From the NCBI GenBank assembly GCA_044867785.1, contig JBIOVM010000098.1, positions 1,004-65,003 on the forward strand: a stretch of DNA of 64,000 bases. Reading direction: 5' to 3'. The notes under the pieces are model-generated. The model made no database searches. It was given only the letters and a program-made list of their open reading frames with translations, and was not told the DNA's origin. Source of the DNA: Candidatus Rokuibacteriota bacterium (GTDB lineage Bacteria; Methylomirabilota; Methylomirabilia; Rokubacteriales; DASRDR01). Below are positions 18,839-27,594 of the stretch, in pieces (the first letter of the stretch is position 1; each line of letters begins with the position of its first letter). The position numbers were made by a program, and so were the translations under genes.

Positions 18839-19680
18839 CAGGCCGGGCGCTCCGAGGGGGCCGGGAGCGGCATCCCGTGATTGCCCCGGTAGCTCGCCGG
18901 CTCGGGCGAGCGCCATCCGGCGAGCAGCCCGGCCGCCGGCTGCCAGACCTCGACGCCGAGGGGCCGGCACACCTCGATCGGGTCGCGCGCGTCCGGGCCC
19001 CACAGCGGGATGGAGAGGTCGCCGCCGGGGCACGTCGAGATCGCGCAGAGGAGGTCGATCTCGGCGAAGATCTCGAAGAAGTCGCCCTTCCGCGCGGGGC
19101 TCGCCTTCATGAAGTAGCGGTCGTCCTGGAGCCCGGTCACCTGGAAGATGTTGAGGACGTCGTGCACGTCGAGCTCGGTCAGTCGCCACGGCGCGATCGC
19201 CCGCACCAGGTTCGAGTGACAGCAGAAGTCGAATTCTTCCCCGGTGAGGAGCTTGGTGACGTACGGGTCACAGCGCGTGCCGAGGAGGTCGTGGCAGCGC
19301 CCGCCGTCGGCGTCGATCCCGTACCGAAGCGTGTCGTTCGTGATGGTCGCCATCGGACGCAGGTACGGGAGGGTCGACCACAGCCGGTCGCCGGTCGTGA
19401 CGTGAGCGCGGTGGAGCTGCTTCGTCCGGGAGGCCCAGAAGCGCTCGCGCGGGTTGTGGAGGTGCCAGGCGTTGAAGTCGGCCACCTGCGGGCCCTCGAC
19501 GGTCACGATGCGGCAGAGCTGCCCGGCTCGGACCGGCCACGCGCGCCCCGATCGGATCGGCACGACGAAGCGCTCGACGAGGGTGCGCGCCGTGTCCTGC
19601 GCGAGGCGGTCATAGAAGGCGCGGTCCACCGCCAGGGGCCCGTCCGGCGTCGAGGGCAGGTACGTCCACGGCCGTGACAT
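18838..19680 (-). CDS. DUF1989 (urea-carboxylase-associated-like) domain protein
   Basis: About 280 aa with AWPVRAGQLCRIVTVEGPQVADFNAW and LLCAISTCPGGD, which resemble the DUF1989 family. The assignment is from memory. Confidence 0.45.
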   Translation of the reverse strand: MSRPWTYLPSTPDGPLAVDRAFYDRLAQDTARTLVERFVVPIRSGRAWPVRAGQLCRIVTVEGPQVADFNAWHLHNPRERFWASRTKQLHRAHVTTGDRLWSTLPYLRPMATITNDTLRYGIDADGGRCHDLLGTRCDPYVTKLLTGEEFDFCCHSNLVRAIAPWRLTELDVHDVLNIFQVTGLQDDRYFMKASPARKGDFFEIFAEIDLLCAISTCPGGDLSIPLWGPDARDPIEVCRPLGVEVWQPAAGLLAGWRSPEPASYRGNHGMPLPAPSERPA

Positions 19681-19696
19681 CGTCGTCCGGACTCTA

Positions 19697-20677
19697 TCAG
19701 GCGAAGCGCCAGCCGTCGAGCGTGGCCGGCCTGTCCGGCCGAATCCGCCGGGGGAGATCGCGGCTGCCGAGGATCCCCGCGTCGACGAGCGGCGAGAGTC
19801 CCTCGCGACGGGCGCGCGCCCGCGACAACCGCGGCATGAGACCGAGGCCGGCCACGCGCGTGGGCACCTGGGTCCACAAGAACGTGGGGCTGGCGGGCGG
19901 AATCGGCTCCGCGAAGCCCGACGCGACGTCCCATCGAAGGAGTCCCGCACCACGCCGTTCGCCGGCGGTCCGGCGCGCCTGGCCCCACGTGAGCGTGACG
20001 GCCAGCGAGCGGCGCCGGCAGACCACCGCATGCGGCGTGCGCGCCGGCAAGTGGAACAGGCTTCCCGGCACGAGGTCGAACGTGCGCCACCCCGCGCGCG
20101 GGCCGCCCTGGGCCAGTCGGTCGTCGAGGTCCTCCGGAGTGCCGCGCGGCACTCGGGGGCCGACCGTGACCGTGCGGCGGCCCTCGAGCTGGAGCCAGAA
20201 GGCGTCGACCTCGCCGTCGTGGTGGAGCCCCATCCCCGGCCGTCCCGTGCCGTCCACGACGAACAAGAAGGAGGACTCGTCGCGGTCCGGCCCGAAGAAG
20301 GCGACGCGAAGCGCCACCATGAGCCGCATGAGGCGCGGCAGGACCTGATGCACCTGCGGAAGGTAGACGGTGACCCCGGTCGCGAGCGCCGCCGCCAGGC
20401 GTCGCGGGTTCCCGGACCGGTCGACCTCGCGCTCGGCGACCACCTGGAACGGGAGCCCTTCGCCCGCCATTGCGACGCACTCGGCGAAGCCGGGCACGAC
20501 GGCGCGCCACGCGCGGTCCCGCGGCGGCAGCACGATCGGCGCCCGACCGAGGCTCCCCCTCCGGAACCGCCGGACTCCGCGGTCGCCGGGGAACCAGGTC
20601 GCCAGCGGCGAGACGCGATGGGCGCGCGCCCGCGGGCGCGGCGGGGGGCGTGGCGGAACCGATCGCGTCGGCGCCAT
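19697..20677 (-). CDS. JmjC/cupin-4-like oxygenase family protein
   Basis: Core HHDGEVDAFWLQLEGRRTVTV resembles the Fe-binding HxD...H cupin_4 / ribosomal-oxygenase fold. The start is placed at the internal ATG at 20677. Confidence 0.45.
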   Translation of the reverse strand: MAPTRSVPPRPPPRPRARAHRVSPLATWFPGDRGVRRFRRGSLGRAPIVLPPRDRAWRAVVPGFAECVAMAGEGLPFQVVAEREVDRSGNPRRLAAALATGVTVYLPQVHQVLPRLMRLMVALRVAFFGPDRDESSFLFVVDGTGRPGMGLHHDGEVDAFWLQLEGRRTVTVGPRVPRGTPEDLDDRLAQGGPRAGWRTFDLVPGSLFHLPARTPHAVVCRRRSLAVTLTWGQARRTAGERRGAGLLRWDVASGFAEPIPPASPTFLWTQVPTRVAGLGLMPRLSRARARREGLSPLVDAGILGSRDLPRRIRPDRPATLDGWRFA

Positions 20678-20845
20678 GATCGCGGAGGATAGGCGAGGGG
20701 CCGGGCGAAGACAACCGGCGCCGCTCGGGCGACGCGCCCCGCCGGCGGGAGTGGACGCCGGCCGGCCGGCGCGGTAGAGAAGAAGCGCCACGCCGCCGAC
20801 GGTCCGGCGGCTTCCCCGTCACCCGATCGCATCGCGGAGGCGCGC

Positions 20846-21367
20846 ATGAACGTCGAAGCCAAGCTGGCGAGCCTGGGATTCCCGCTGCCCGACCTCGAGG
20901 CCGAGTACCGGCGGAACACGTCCGGCGCGCACTTCGTGTCGCATCGGGCGGTGGGGTCCCTCCTCTACCTGTCCGGGACGGTGCCGATCCGGGACGGAGC
21001 GGCCTACCTTCCCGGCCTTGTCGGCCGCGATCTCACCGTGGCCCAGGGATACGAGGCCGCGCGCTGGGCCCTGATTCCCACGCTCACGGCGGTGCGCTAC
21101 GCCCTCGGTGACCTGGACCGCGTGGAGGCCGCCATCCAGATGATCGGCTACGTGAACTCGGCCCCGGGGTTCGCGGACCAGCCCCGGGTGATCAACGGGG
21201 CAGCAGACCTTCTCGTCGAGCTCTACGGCGAGCGTGGGAAGCCCACCCGGGCGGCGATCGGCTGCCAGGGTCTGGCGCTCAACTCGTCGGTCGAGATCGT
21301 TCTTACCGTGCAGTTCTCCGGCGCGGAGGCGCGGCCTCCGCTGGCGCGTGATCGCTGGCAGCAGTGA
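20846..21367 (+). CDS. RidA/YjgF family enamine/imine deaminase-like protein
   Basis: About 150-aa chorismate-mutase-like fold and a C-terminal RAAIGCQGLALNSSVEIVLTV motif typical of the Rid family. It is divergent from the dehydratase operon. Confidence 0.6.
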   Translation: MNVEAKLASLGFPLPDLEAEYRRNTSGAHFVSHRAVGSLLYLSGTVPIRDGAAYLPGLVGRDLTVAQGYEAARWALIPTLTAVRYALGDLDRVEAAIQMIGYVNSAPGFADQPRVINGAADLLVELYGERGKPTRAAIGCQGLALNSSVEIVLTVQFSGAEARPPLARDRWQQ

Positions 21368-21378
21368 CAGCGGGTATA

Positions 21379-22038
21379 ATGCCTCCGTTCGACGGGAGGC
21401 GGCGCGTGCAGGGGCGGATCCGATCGTGGTTCAAGGTGCGGTTCTTCACCGGCTTCTTCGTCACCTTGCCGGTGGTCCTGACCGCCTGGGTCTTCTGGCT
21501 CTTCTACGCCTCGGTCGACAACTTCATGGCGCCTCTCTACGAGCAGTTCCTCGGGCGCCACCTGCCCGGCCTGGGATTCCTGACCGCGGTCCTCCTCATC
21601 CTCCTGATCGGCGTGTTCGCCACCAACGTCGTGGGGCGTCGCGTCCTGCAGTGGGCCGAGCGCCTGATCCTCTACGTTCCGCTCGTGCGCCGGGTCTACC
21701 CGACGGTGAAGGACTTCGTCGACGCGTTCTCGCCGAACCGGCGCTCCGGGTTCCGGGAGTTCGTCGTCATCGAGCACCCGCGCGAAGGGGTGTACGCGTA
21801 CGGATTCCTCACCGGGGACGTGATCGTCGAGGGCGCCAAGCCCGAGGCGTTCGTGTCCGTGTACGTGCCGACGAACCACTTGTACCTGGGCGACGTCGTC
21901 CTCGTCCCGCGGGGCGCGGTCGTGGCGACGGGCCTCTCCATCGAGGACGGGATTCGCATCATCCTGTCGGCGGGCACGGCAGCGCCCCCGCGGCTTCCGC
22001 ATGGGAGCGCGGGCGAGCTGGGGGCAGCCGCCAAGTGA
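21379..22038 (+). CDS. DUF502 family membrane protein. Alternative start is GTG at 21364, overlapping the RidA stop.
   Basis: RIRSWFKVRFFTGFFVTLPVVLTAWVFWLF N-terminal helices followed by a soluble domain, as in the DUF502 family. A TATAAT hexamer overlaps the ATG. Confidence 0.5.
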   Translation: MPPFDGRRRVQGRIRSWFKVRFFTGFFVTLPVVLTAWVFWLFYASVDNFMAPLYEQFLGRHLPGLGFLTAVLLILLIGVFATNVVGRRVLQWAERLILYVPLVRRVYPTVKDFVDAFSPNRRSGFREFVVIEHPREGVYAYGFLTGDVIVEGAKPEAFVSVYVPTNHLYLGDVVLVPRGAVVATGLSIEDGIRIILSAGTAAPPRLPHGSAGELGAAAK

Positions 22039-22060
22039 CGGATCCCAGGAGACGAGCGTC

Positions 22061-22588
22061 ATGAAGTTTCTCTGCATCGCCTGCGATCAAGCCATGCGGC
22101 TCGCCGGGACGGCGGGACCGAGCGCGGACTCGCTCACCGTCACCTTCAGCTGTCCGGGATGCGGGCATCGGATCGCCATGTTGACGAACCCCTGGGAGAC
22201 GCAGCTGGTGCGGACGCTCGGGGTGAAAGTGGGCAGCGCCTCCGCCGAGGCGCCCGCGCCGTTCGCCTCGGTGCGCGCGGGCCTCGCTCGCCAGCGCGAC
22301 GCGGCGCTCGAGGCCGGCCCCGCCGGATCCGATCGCGAGGCCGCCGCCCCGTCCGCCGCCACCGCGACCGAAGGGCCGGGCTGCCCCTTCGCCGCGATGA
22401 TCGGGAGCGCGGGGACGGACGCGGTGGCCGTCCCCTGGACGGCCGAGGCCGAGAGCCGGCTCGAGCGCATCCCGACCTTCATCCGCCCCATGGCCCGGCA
22501 GGCGATCGAGCGGTTCGCGCGCGAGCGCGGTCACACGGCGGTCGACGCCCAGGTGATGGATCAGGCGCGCGACTTCATGGGGATGTAA
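22061..22588 (+). CDS. small protein with an N-terminal zinc-ribbon (CxxC...CxxC) and a C-terminal PCP_red-like domain
   Basis: MKFLCIACDQ...FSCPGCGH four-Cys ribbon. The C-terminal WTAEAESRLERIPTFIRPMARQAIERFARERGHTAVD resembles the standalone PF08369 (protochlorophyllide-reductase 57 kD C-terminal) domain. Confidence 0.4.
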   Translation: MKFLCIACDQAMRLAGTAGPSADSLTVTFSCPGCGHRIAMLTNPWETQLVRTLGVKVGSASAEAPAPFASVRAGLARQRDAALEAGPAGSDREAAAPSAATATEGPGCPFAAMIGSAGTDAVAVPWTAEAESRLERIPTFIRPMARQAIERFARERGHTAVDAQVMDQARDFMGM

Positions 22589-23495
22589 CCCCGACCGCCG
22601 CGGGCTCGCGGCGCGCCTCCTCCTCCGGAGGAAGCAGGCGGAACCCGTCGTCCAGCCAGGCCGGCGGGCGGTCGGCCAGCAGGATCTGCCGGAACGCGGC
22701 CAGCGTCGCATCCTGCGGCACCTCGGGGTGGCCCTCGATCGCGGCCCACATCTGCTCCGGCTCGTCGTACGCCCACCGGGAGACCCGCGCGACGGTGCCG
22801 AAGAATCGACGGACCTTCCGCTCCACGGCTCGCTCCACCACGGGCCGGGCCACGGCCGTCGCGAGCTGCGCGACCGCGCCCACGAGCGGCGTGTCCAGCC
22901 GGAGATGACCGCTCACGCTCACGTCGACCTGGGTCTCTCCCTCGGGGCTCGCCTCGTGGCGAAACTCGAGGAGCACGAGCATCTGGCCCTTCATCGTCGG
23001 CATCCCGCGCGCCTCGTACAACCCGTCGAGGTGGAAGAGGCGCCGCTCGTCGTCGGCGTAGAGGGTCCGGATGTGGCCCCGCGCGCCCCGGCGGTCGTCG
23101 CCCCAGTACCCATCCTCGTGCAGGGTCACCCGATACTGCCCGAGGCGCAGCGCGCGGGCGAGGGCCGCCGCGAAATGCGGATGGTCGACGAGGAAACGAA
23201 ACACGGGCTCCCGACTGCGCGCCCGGAGCCCGCTCACCCGGTGCGCGAAGACGCTCGTCCCGAGCACGGCCTCCGCGCGACTCCGGGCCGGCTCGTCCAG
23301 CCGGGCGAGGGGGACGCCCAGGGGCAGGGCGTCGAGGGTCACCCGCGGTACCGGCGCGTCGGGCGACGGCTCGACGCTTTCCGCGGCGATCGTCCGCGCG
23401 AGGCCGAGGATCAGCGCGGCCCCGAGCGCCAGCGTCACGCCGAGCCGGTGGGCGGGCCGCCGACCGCGCCCGCCCCGGATCGCAGGCATGCCCAT
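22575..23495 (-). CDS. secreted hypothetical protein
   Basis: Signal peptide RLGVTLALGAALILGLARTIAAE and no recognisable catalytic motif. The frame was chosen because it is the only non-Arg-biased translation in the region. Confidence 0.35.
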   Translation of the reverse strand: MGMPAIRGGRGRRPAHRLGVTLALGAALILGLARTIAAESVEPSPDAPVPRVTLDALPLGVPLARLDEPARSRAEAVLGTSVFAHRVSGLRARSREPVFRFLVDHPHFAAALARALRLGQYRVTLHEDGYWGDDRRGARGHIRTLYADDERRLFHLDGLYEARGMPTMKGQMLVLLEFRHEASPEGETQVDVSVSGHLRLDTPLVGAVAQLATAVARPVVERAVERKVRRFFGTVARVSRWAYDEPEQMWAAIEGHPEVPQDATLAAFRQILLADRPPAWLDDGFRLLPPEEEARREPAAVGVTSP

Positions 23496-23618
23496 CCCTC
23501 CGGCGCCTACGGTACCACGGGGGGCAGGCGCGTCGGGACCGGCGCCATTTCGTGCCGACCTCCACGCCTCCGCTGCTACAATGACGCCTCGTATGACTCC
23601 CCACGCCGAGGCCGCGCG

Positions 23619-24533
23619 GTGACCGGCCGTCCCCCTCGCGGCCGCCGCCGGCCCGTCTCGAGCCTCGCCGTGGCCATCGGACTCGGGCTCCTGCTGGAAG
23701 CGGGGATCCTCCCGGCGCCGTCCGCCGCCGCCGCCGGGAGCAACGGCACGGTCCCCGTGTCGGCCGAGGCCGTGGTGTTGATCGATCTCGAGAGCGGGAA
23801 GGTGCTCTTCGAGAAGAATCCCGAAGAGGATCGGGCGCCCGCCAGCCTGGTCAAGCTGATGACCCTCTACCTGGCCTACGACGACCTCCGGACGGGCCGC
23901 GTGACCCGAGGCGATCCGGTCACCATCAGCGTCAACACGATGCGGACGCCGCGCTTCCGGATGGGGCTCATGGCCGGACAGGTGGTGCCGTTCGAGACGC
24001 TGCTCGCGGGCGTCGCGATCGCGTCGGCCAATGACGCCGCCACCGCGGTGGCCGAGCACCTGGCCGAGAACGAGGAGCGGTTCGTGGAACGGATGAACGC
24101 CGAAGGCGAGCGCATGAAGCTCGCGCACACGGTGTTCGCCAACCCTCACGGATTGCCCGATCCGCGCCAGCGGACGACCGCGCGAGACATGGCGACGCTC
24201 GCGGAGCAGCTCCTCCGGGACTTTCCCGAGAGCCGCGTGCTCCTGGGCGATACGGACTTCAAGTGGCGGGGTCGCGTGTACCAGCGCCGCATTCCGCTGT
24301 TCCGCGATCCGGGCGGTGTGACCGCGCTCAAGACCGGCTTCACCCTGGAGGCGGGCTACAACATCGCGGTGGCCGCCGGCCGGGCCGGGCAGCGATTGCT
24401 GTGCGTCGTGCTCGGCGCCGAGACGCGCGGCATGTCCTTCATCGATGCGGGGCGACTGCTGCGGTTCGGGTTCGGCGAGCCGCCGACCTCGCCGACGCGC
24501 CAGCGGCGCTGGCGGCGCGGCACGCCGCAGTAG
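23619..24533 (+). CDS. D-alanyl-D-alanine carboxypeptidase (peptidase S11, PBP5/6 family)
   Basis: SxxK (SLVKLMT), SxN (IASANDAA) and KTG (LKTGFT) motifs and a signal peptide. The start is GTG at 23619. Confidence 0.8.
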   Translation: MTGRPPRGRRRPVSSLAVAIGLGLLLEAGILPAPSAAAAGSNGTVPVSAEAVVLIDLESGKVLFEKNPEEDRAPASLVKLMTLYLAYDDLRTGRVTRGDPVTISVNTMRTPRFRMGLMAGQVVPFETLLAGVAIASANDAATAVAEHLAENEERFVERMNAEGERMKLAHTVFANPHGLPDPRQRTTARDMATLAEQLLRDFPESRVLLGDTDFKWRGRVYQRRIPLFRDPGGVTALKTGFTLEAGYNIAVAAGRAGQRLLCVVLGAETRGMSFIDAGRLLRFGFGEPPTSPTRQRRWRRGTPQ

Positions 24534-24539
24534 ACGCCC

Positions 24540-24875
24540 CTATTCCCGCTCGATGGCGCGGCGGACGATCCGCCCCTCTCCGTCCAGGTAGAACAGGATC
24601 CGCTCGTACTGGTTGAAGGTGTCGCCCCGATCCGCGCCGTAGTAGTGGTTCGGGGTCTTGTCGATGACAACGGCTCGCCGGTAGACCAGCACCGTGCCGA
24701 GGTCCGACGAGCGGATCTCGTGCGGCGGACCGAAGAGCCGGATCGCCTCCTCGCGCGTCTCCACCCGGTTCACGTCCTCGGACGGGTCGAGCGGCGGCTC
24801 CCGCACCGGCGCGAACTCGGCGCACGCGCCGAGCGCCAGCGCGGCGGCGAGGAGCAGAAGGCGAGCACGCGCCAT
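24540..24875 (-). CDS. small lipoprotein
   Basis: MARARLLLLAAALALGAC lipobox signal; 111 aa. Confidence 0.45.
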   Translation of the reverse strand: MARARLLLLAAALALGACAEFAPVREPPLDPSEDVNRVETREEAIRLFGPPHEIRSSDLGTVLVYRRAVVIDKTPNHYYGADRGDTFNQYERILFYLDGEGRIVRRAIERE

Positions 24876-24968
24876 GGCCTCGTCATTGTACGGGCGCGGC
24901 CGCGGGCACGGCAAGGGCGCCGGCGGGGCGAGAACGCCGGCGACTCGCGGAAGGAGGGAGGAGACGAC

Positions 24969-25631
24969 GTGGAAGTGAGCGGGCTCCTGTTCGATGCGTA
25001 CGGGACGCTGTTCGACGTCCACTCGGTGGTGGAGGCGGGGCGAGCCGTCACCGCCGATCCATTGCGACTGTCGGCCCTATGGCGCCAAAAGCAGCTCGAG
25101 TACACCTGGCTCCGCAGCCTCATGGGGCGCTACGAGGACTTCTGGGCCGTCACGGAAGCGGCCCTCGCCTTCGCGTGCCGGCAGCTCGGGCTCGACGCCG
25201 ACGCCGCCGCGCGGCAGCGCCTCATGGAGGCCTACCTGACGCTCGACGCGTTCCCCGAGGTCCCGGGTGTGCTGGCCCGGCTCGGCGACCGGCCGTCCGC
25301 CATCCTGTCGAACGGCGCCCCGCGCATGCTCGACGCCGTGGTCGCCCACAACCGGCTGGGCGCGCATTTCCGCGCGGTGATCAGCGTCGACGCGGTGCGG
25401 ACCTTCAAGCCGCATCCGGCCGTGTATGCCCTCGGCGCCGCCCGGCTCGGACTGCCCCGAGAGAAGGTCGGCTTCGTGTCCGCGAACGGCTGGGACGTCG
25501 CCGGCGCCAAGGCGTTCGGGTTCCGCGTCGTCTGGGTGAACCGCCATCGGGCGCCGCTCGAGGAGCTGGGCGTGGTTCCCGACCTCGAGGTGGGCGACCT
25601 CGCGGCGCTTGCGGCCGCCCTCGCTGGCTAA
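24969..25631 (+). CDS. HAD-superfamily hydrolase, haloacid dehalogenase type II-like
   Basis: N-terminal DxYGT motif (LLFDAYGTLFDV), SNG, and KPHPAVY. An AGGAGG lies 11 nt upstream of the GTG start. Confidence 0.7.
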   Translation: MEVSGLLFDAYGTLFDVHSVVEAGRAVTADPLRLSALWRQKQLEYTWLRSLMGRYEDFWAVTEAALAFACRQLGLDADAAARQRLMEAYLTLDAFPEVPGVLARLGDRPSAILSNGAPRMLDAVVAHNRLGAHFRAVISVDAVRTFKPHPAVYALGAARLGLPREKVGFVSANGWDVAGAKAFGFRVVWVNRHRAPLEELGVVPDLEVGDLAALAAALAG

Positions 25632-25655
25632 CGCCGCCCGCGACAGCTGCCGCCG

Positions 25656-27278
25656 TCAGGCCTCGCCGGGCCGAAGCGACTCGAGCGCCGCCGGAGCGGG
25701 CGCCAGTCCCCCCGGGGTCCGCTGTCGCGCGGCGAGGCCGAGCGCGGTGACGAAGATCGCGTCCTGACCGGCGGCCGCCGGTGCGAAGAACTGCACCACG
25801 TCGTCGTCGAAGAAGGTGAGGCCGGACGCCCCGAGGCCCAGGCCGTACGCGCCGAGGTAGAGCCGCCCGCCCAAGAGCCCGGCAGCGAGATTGGCTGCCC
25901 GATAGCCCCGGTTCCCCCATCGCTTCACGATCGCGTCGAGGTCCGAGAGGAAGAACGCGACGGCCGCCGCATCGGCACCCAGTGGCTGTCCGAGGCAGAG
26001 GTGGCCGCCCGCCTCGCGGAACGCCCCGGGCCGCAGCAGGCGCGGCGCCCGAGCGGCCGGATCCCAGACGTACGCGCCGGACGGCCGGCCGTCGACCGCG
26101 TGGATGAGGAGATAGGTTTCAACAAGCCGCGAGGCGCCGGGATCGAGGTCGAGGGGGAGCGGGCGCAGCGCGGCGTCCAGGATCGCGGCGAACGAGGCGC
26201 CGGCGATCGGGTCCCGGCGAAACTCGCGCGTCGACCCTCGGCGGAGGATCGTCTCGCCGAGTGGCCGCGACGCCGGCGGGAGGCCGGGGTCCCTCCCGAA
26301 GGCGTCGGTCGCCGACGGCGCCGCTGGCTCGAGATCGCGGCCGTCCTCGGCGCCTCGCGCGACCCAGGCGCGCGCGGCCGGGCCGTCCGGAAGCGTCGAG
26401 GCTTCGTAGGCTGAGCGCACCAGCGGACAAGGGACCTCGTGGGCCGAGAGCGGCACCCAGCGGGGATCGAGGGGTGGAGCGGCAGGGCTGGGCGGCGCCG
26501 GGCCGGCGCTGCGTCCGAGAGGGACCAGCGCGAGGCTCCCCTCGTGGGCGGGGTCGACACCGACGAGGCCGTTCACCAGGGGGTCGGCGAAGCCGAGGAG
26601 GACCCGGGCGGGGACGTCGATGGCCGTCGCCGTCGCCAGCATCGTCGCGAGGAGCGTGCCCGCATCCCAGAAGAAATGCCGGAACGCCCGGGCTCGATAC
26701 TTCCAGGTGTTGCGCCAGTGGATCGCCGTGAGCACCACGGTGGCGGGTGCGTCGCCGACGAGGTCGCCGCGGCCCGCCGCCGTCGCGAGGGCGGCGCGAT
26801 GGTCGCCCGGACGCAAGAGGCGCAGCGTGAAGTCCCCCGGACAGAAGTGGTACACGCCGGGGGCGAGCCCGTCGACCGCTCCGGCCACGACGTAGACCTC
26901 GGTCTGATAGAGAGCGCCGGTCGATGGCGAGGCCCGGAAGTGCTGGGTCTCCCCGCCCGGGTAAACCCGCCGCTTCGTCAGTCCCGCGGAGAAGAAGAGC
27001 AGCTGCGCCAGGGCGAGCACGTCCACCGGGCTCCGGCCAGGGCGAGCGACGCCGCGTGCCACCGCCTCCAGCACGGGGAGCGACGGCGGCGGCAGCTCGC
27101 GCGGCAGGGGCCGGGCCGGCGCGTCGGGGTACACCTTGAACAGGAAGGGCTTGTTTCCCCAGTCGAGCACGTGCGGGTCCGCCCGGACGCTGGCCCACGA
27201 GTGCTTCGTCGAGTCGTGGTAGGCCCGGGCGTCGCCCGGACCGGCGGCGGGTGTGAGCGGTGCGGCCGGGCCGGTCAC
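25656..27278 (-). CDS. SagB/ThcOx-type dehydrogenase (tandem nitroreductase-like domains)
   Basis: N-terminal YHDSTKH motif and a second-domain nitroreductase FMN motif RRGSTREF; 540 aa, a two-domain architecture like ThcOx/SagB-family proteins. Confidence 0.55.
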   Translation of the reverse strand: MTGPAAPLTPAAGPGDARAYHDSTKHSWASVRADPHVLDWGNKPFLFKVYPDAPARPLPRELPPPSLPVLEAVARGVARPGRSPVDVLALAQLLFFSAGLTKRRVYPGGETQHFRASPSTGALYQTEVYVVAGAVDGLAPGVYHFCPGDFTLRLLRPGDHRAALATAAGRGDLVGDAPATVVLTAIHWRNTWKYRARAFRHFFWDAGTLLATMLATATAIDVPARVLLGFADPLVNGLVGVDPAHEGSLALVPLGRSAGPAPPSPAAPPLDPRWVPLSAHEVPCPLVRSAYEASTLPDGPAARAWVARGAEDGRDLEPAAPSATDAFGRDPGLPPASRPLGETILRRGSTREFRRDPIAGASFAAILDAALRPLPLDLDPGASRLVETYLLIHAVDGRPSGAYVWDPAARAPRLLRPGAFREAGGHLCLGQPLGADAAAVAFFLSDLDAIVKRWGNRGYRAANLAAGLLGGRLYLGAYGLGLGASGLTFFDDDVVQFFAPAAAGQDAIFVTALGLAARQRTPGGLAPAPAALESLRPGEA

Positions 27279-27547
27279 CTGCGGCGCCGCGGGCGCGGCG
27301 TCGCGGCGCCGTCGCCCCGCGGGCGCGGACGCGCGGCGGCCGCCGCCGCGCGCGAGGTCTCGTTGAAGGCCGTGGCGTCGCGGTCGACCTTGCCGCCGAC
27401 GGCCGTGCCACAGTCCTGACAGACGTAGTCGTACTGGTTGCCGGTCGGCAAGACCAGGAGCAGCTTCTTGCGGACCGCCACCGCGCGGCGGCAGCGCGGA
27501 CAGAAGAGGCTCTGCGCCTCGAACTCGCGGAAGGAGGACTCGGTCAT
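27275..27547 (-). CDS. small zinc-ribbon protein translationally coupled to the SagB-like gene
   Basis: 90 aa with CPRC...(21 aa)...CQDC. Its stop overlaps the SagB-like start by 4 nt. Confidence 0.4.
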   Translation of the reverse strand: MTESSFREFEAQSLFCPRCRRAVAVRKKLLLVLPTGNQYDYVCQDCGTAVGGKVDRDATAFNETSRAAAAAARPRPRGDGAATPRPRRRR

Positions 27548-27594
27548 GCGCGTTCCATTCTAGCGCGGGTCGCCCGGCCGGCCCGCACGCGCCG

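Noticed and set aside
25656-27547. Interpretation as a thiazole/oxazole-modified microcin (TOMM) RiPP cluster
   Set aside because: No YcaO or E1-like cyclodehydratase is present. The adjacent small ORF has a four-Cys zinc ribbon rather than a Cys/Ser/Thr-rich core. It is kept only as an orphan SagB-like + ribbon pair of unknown role.
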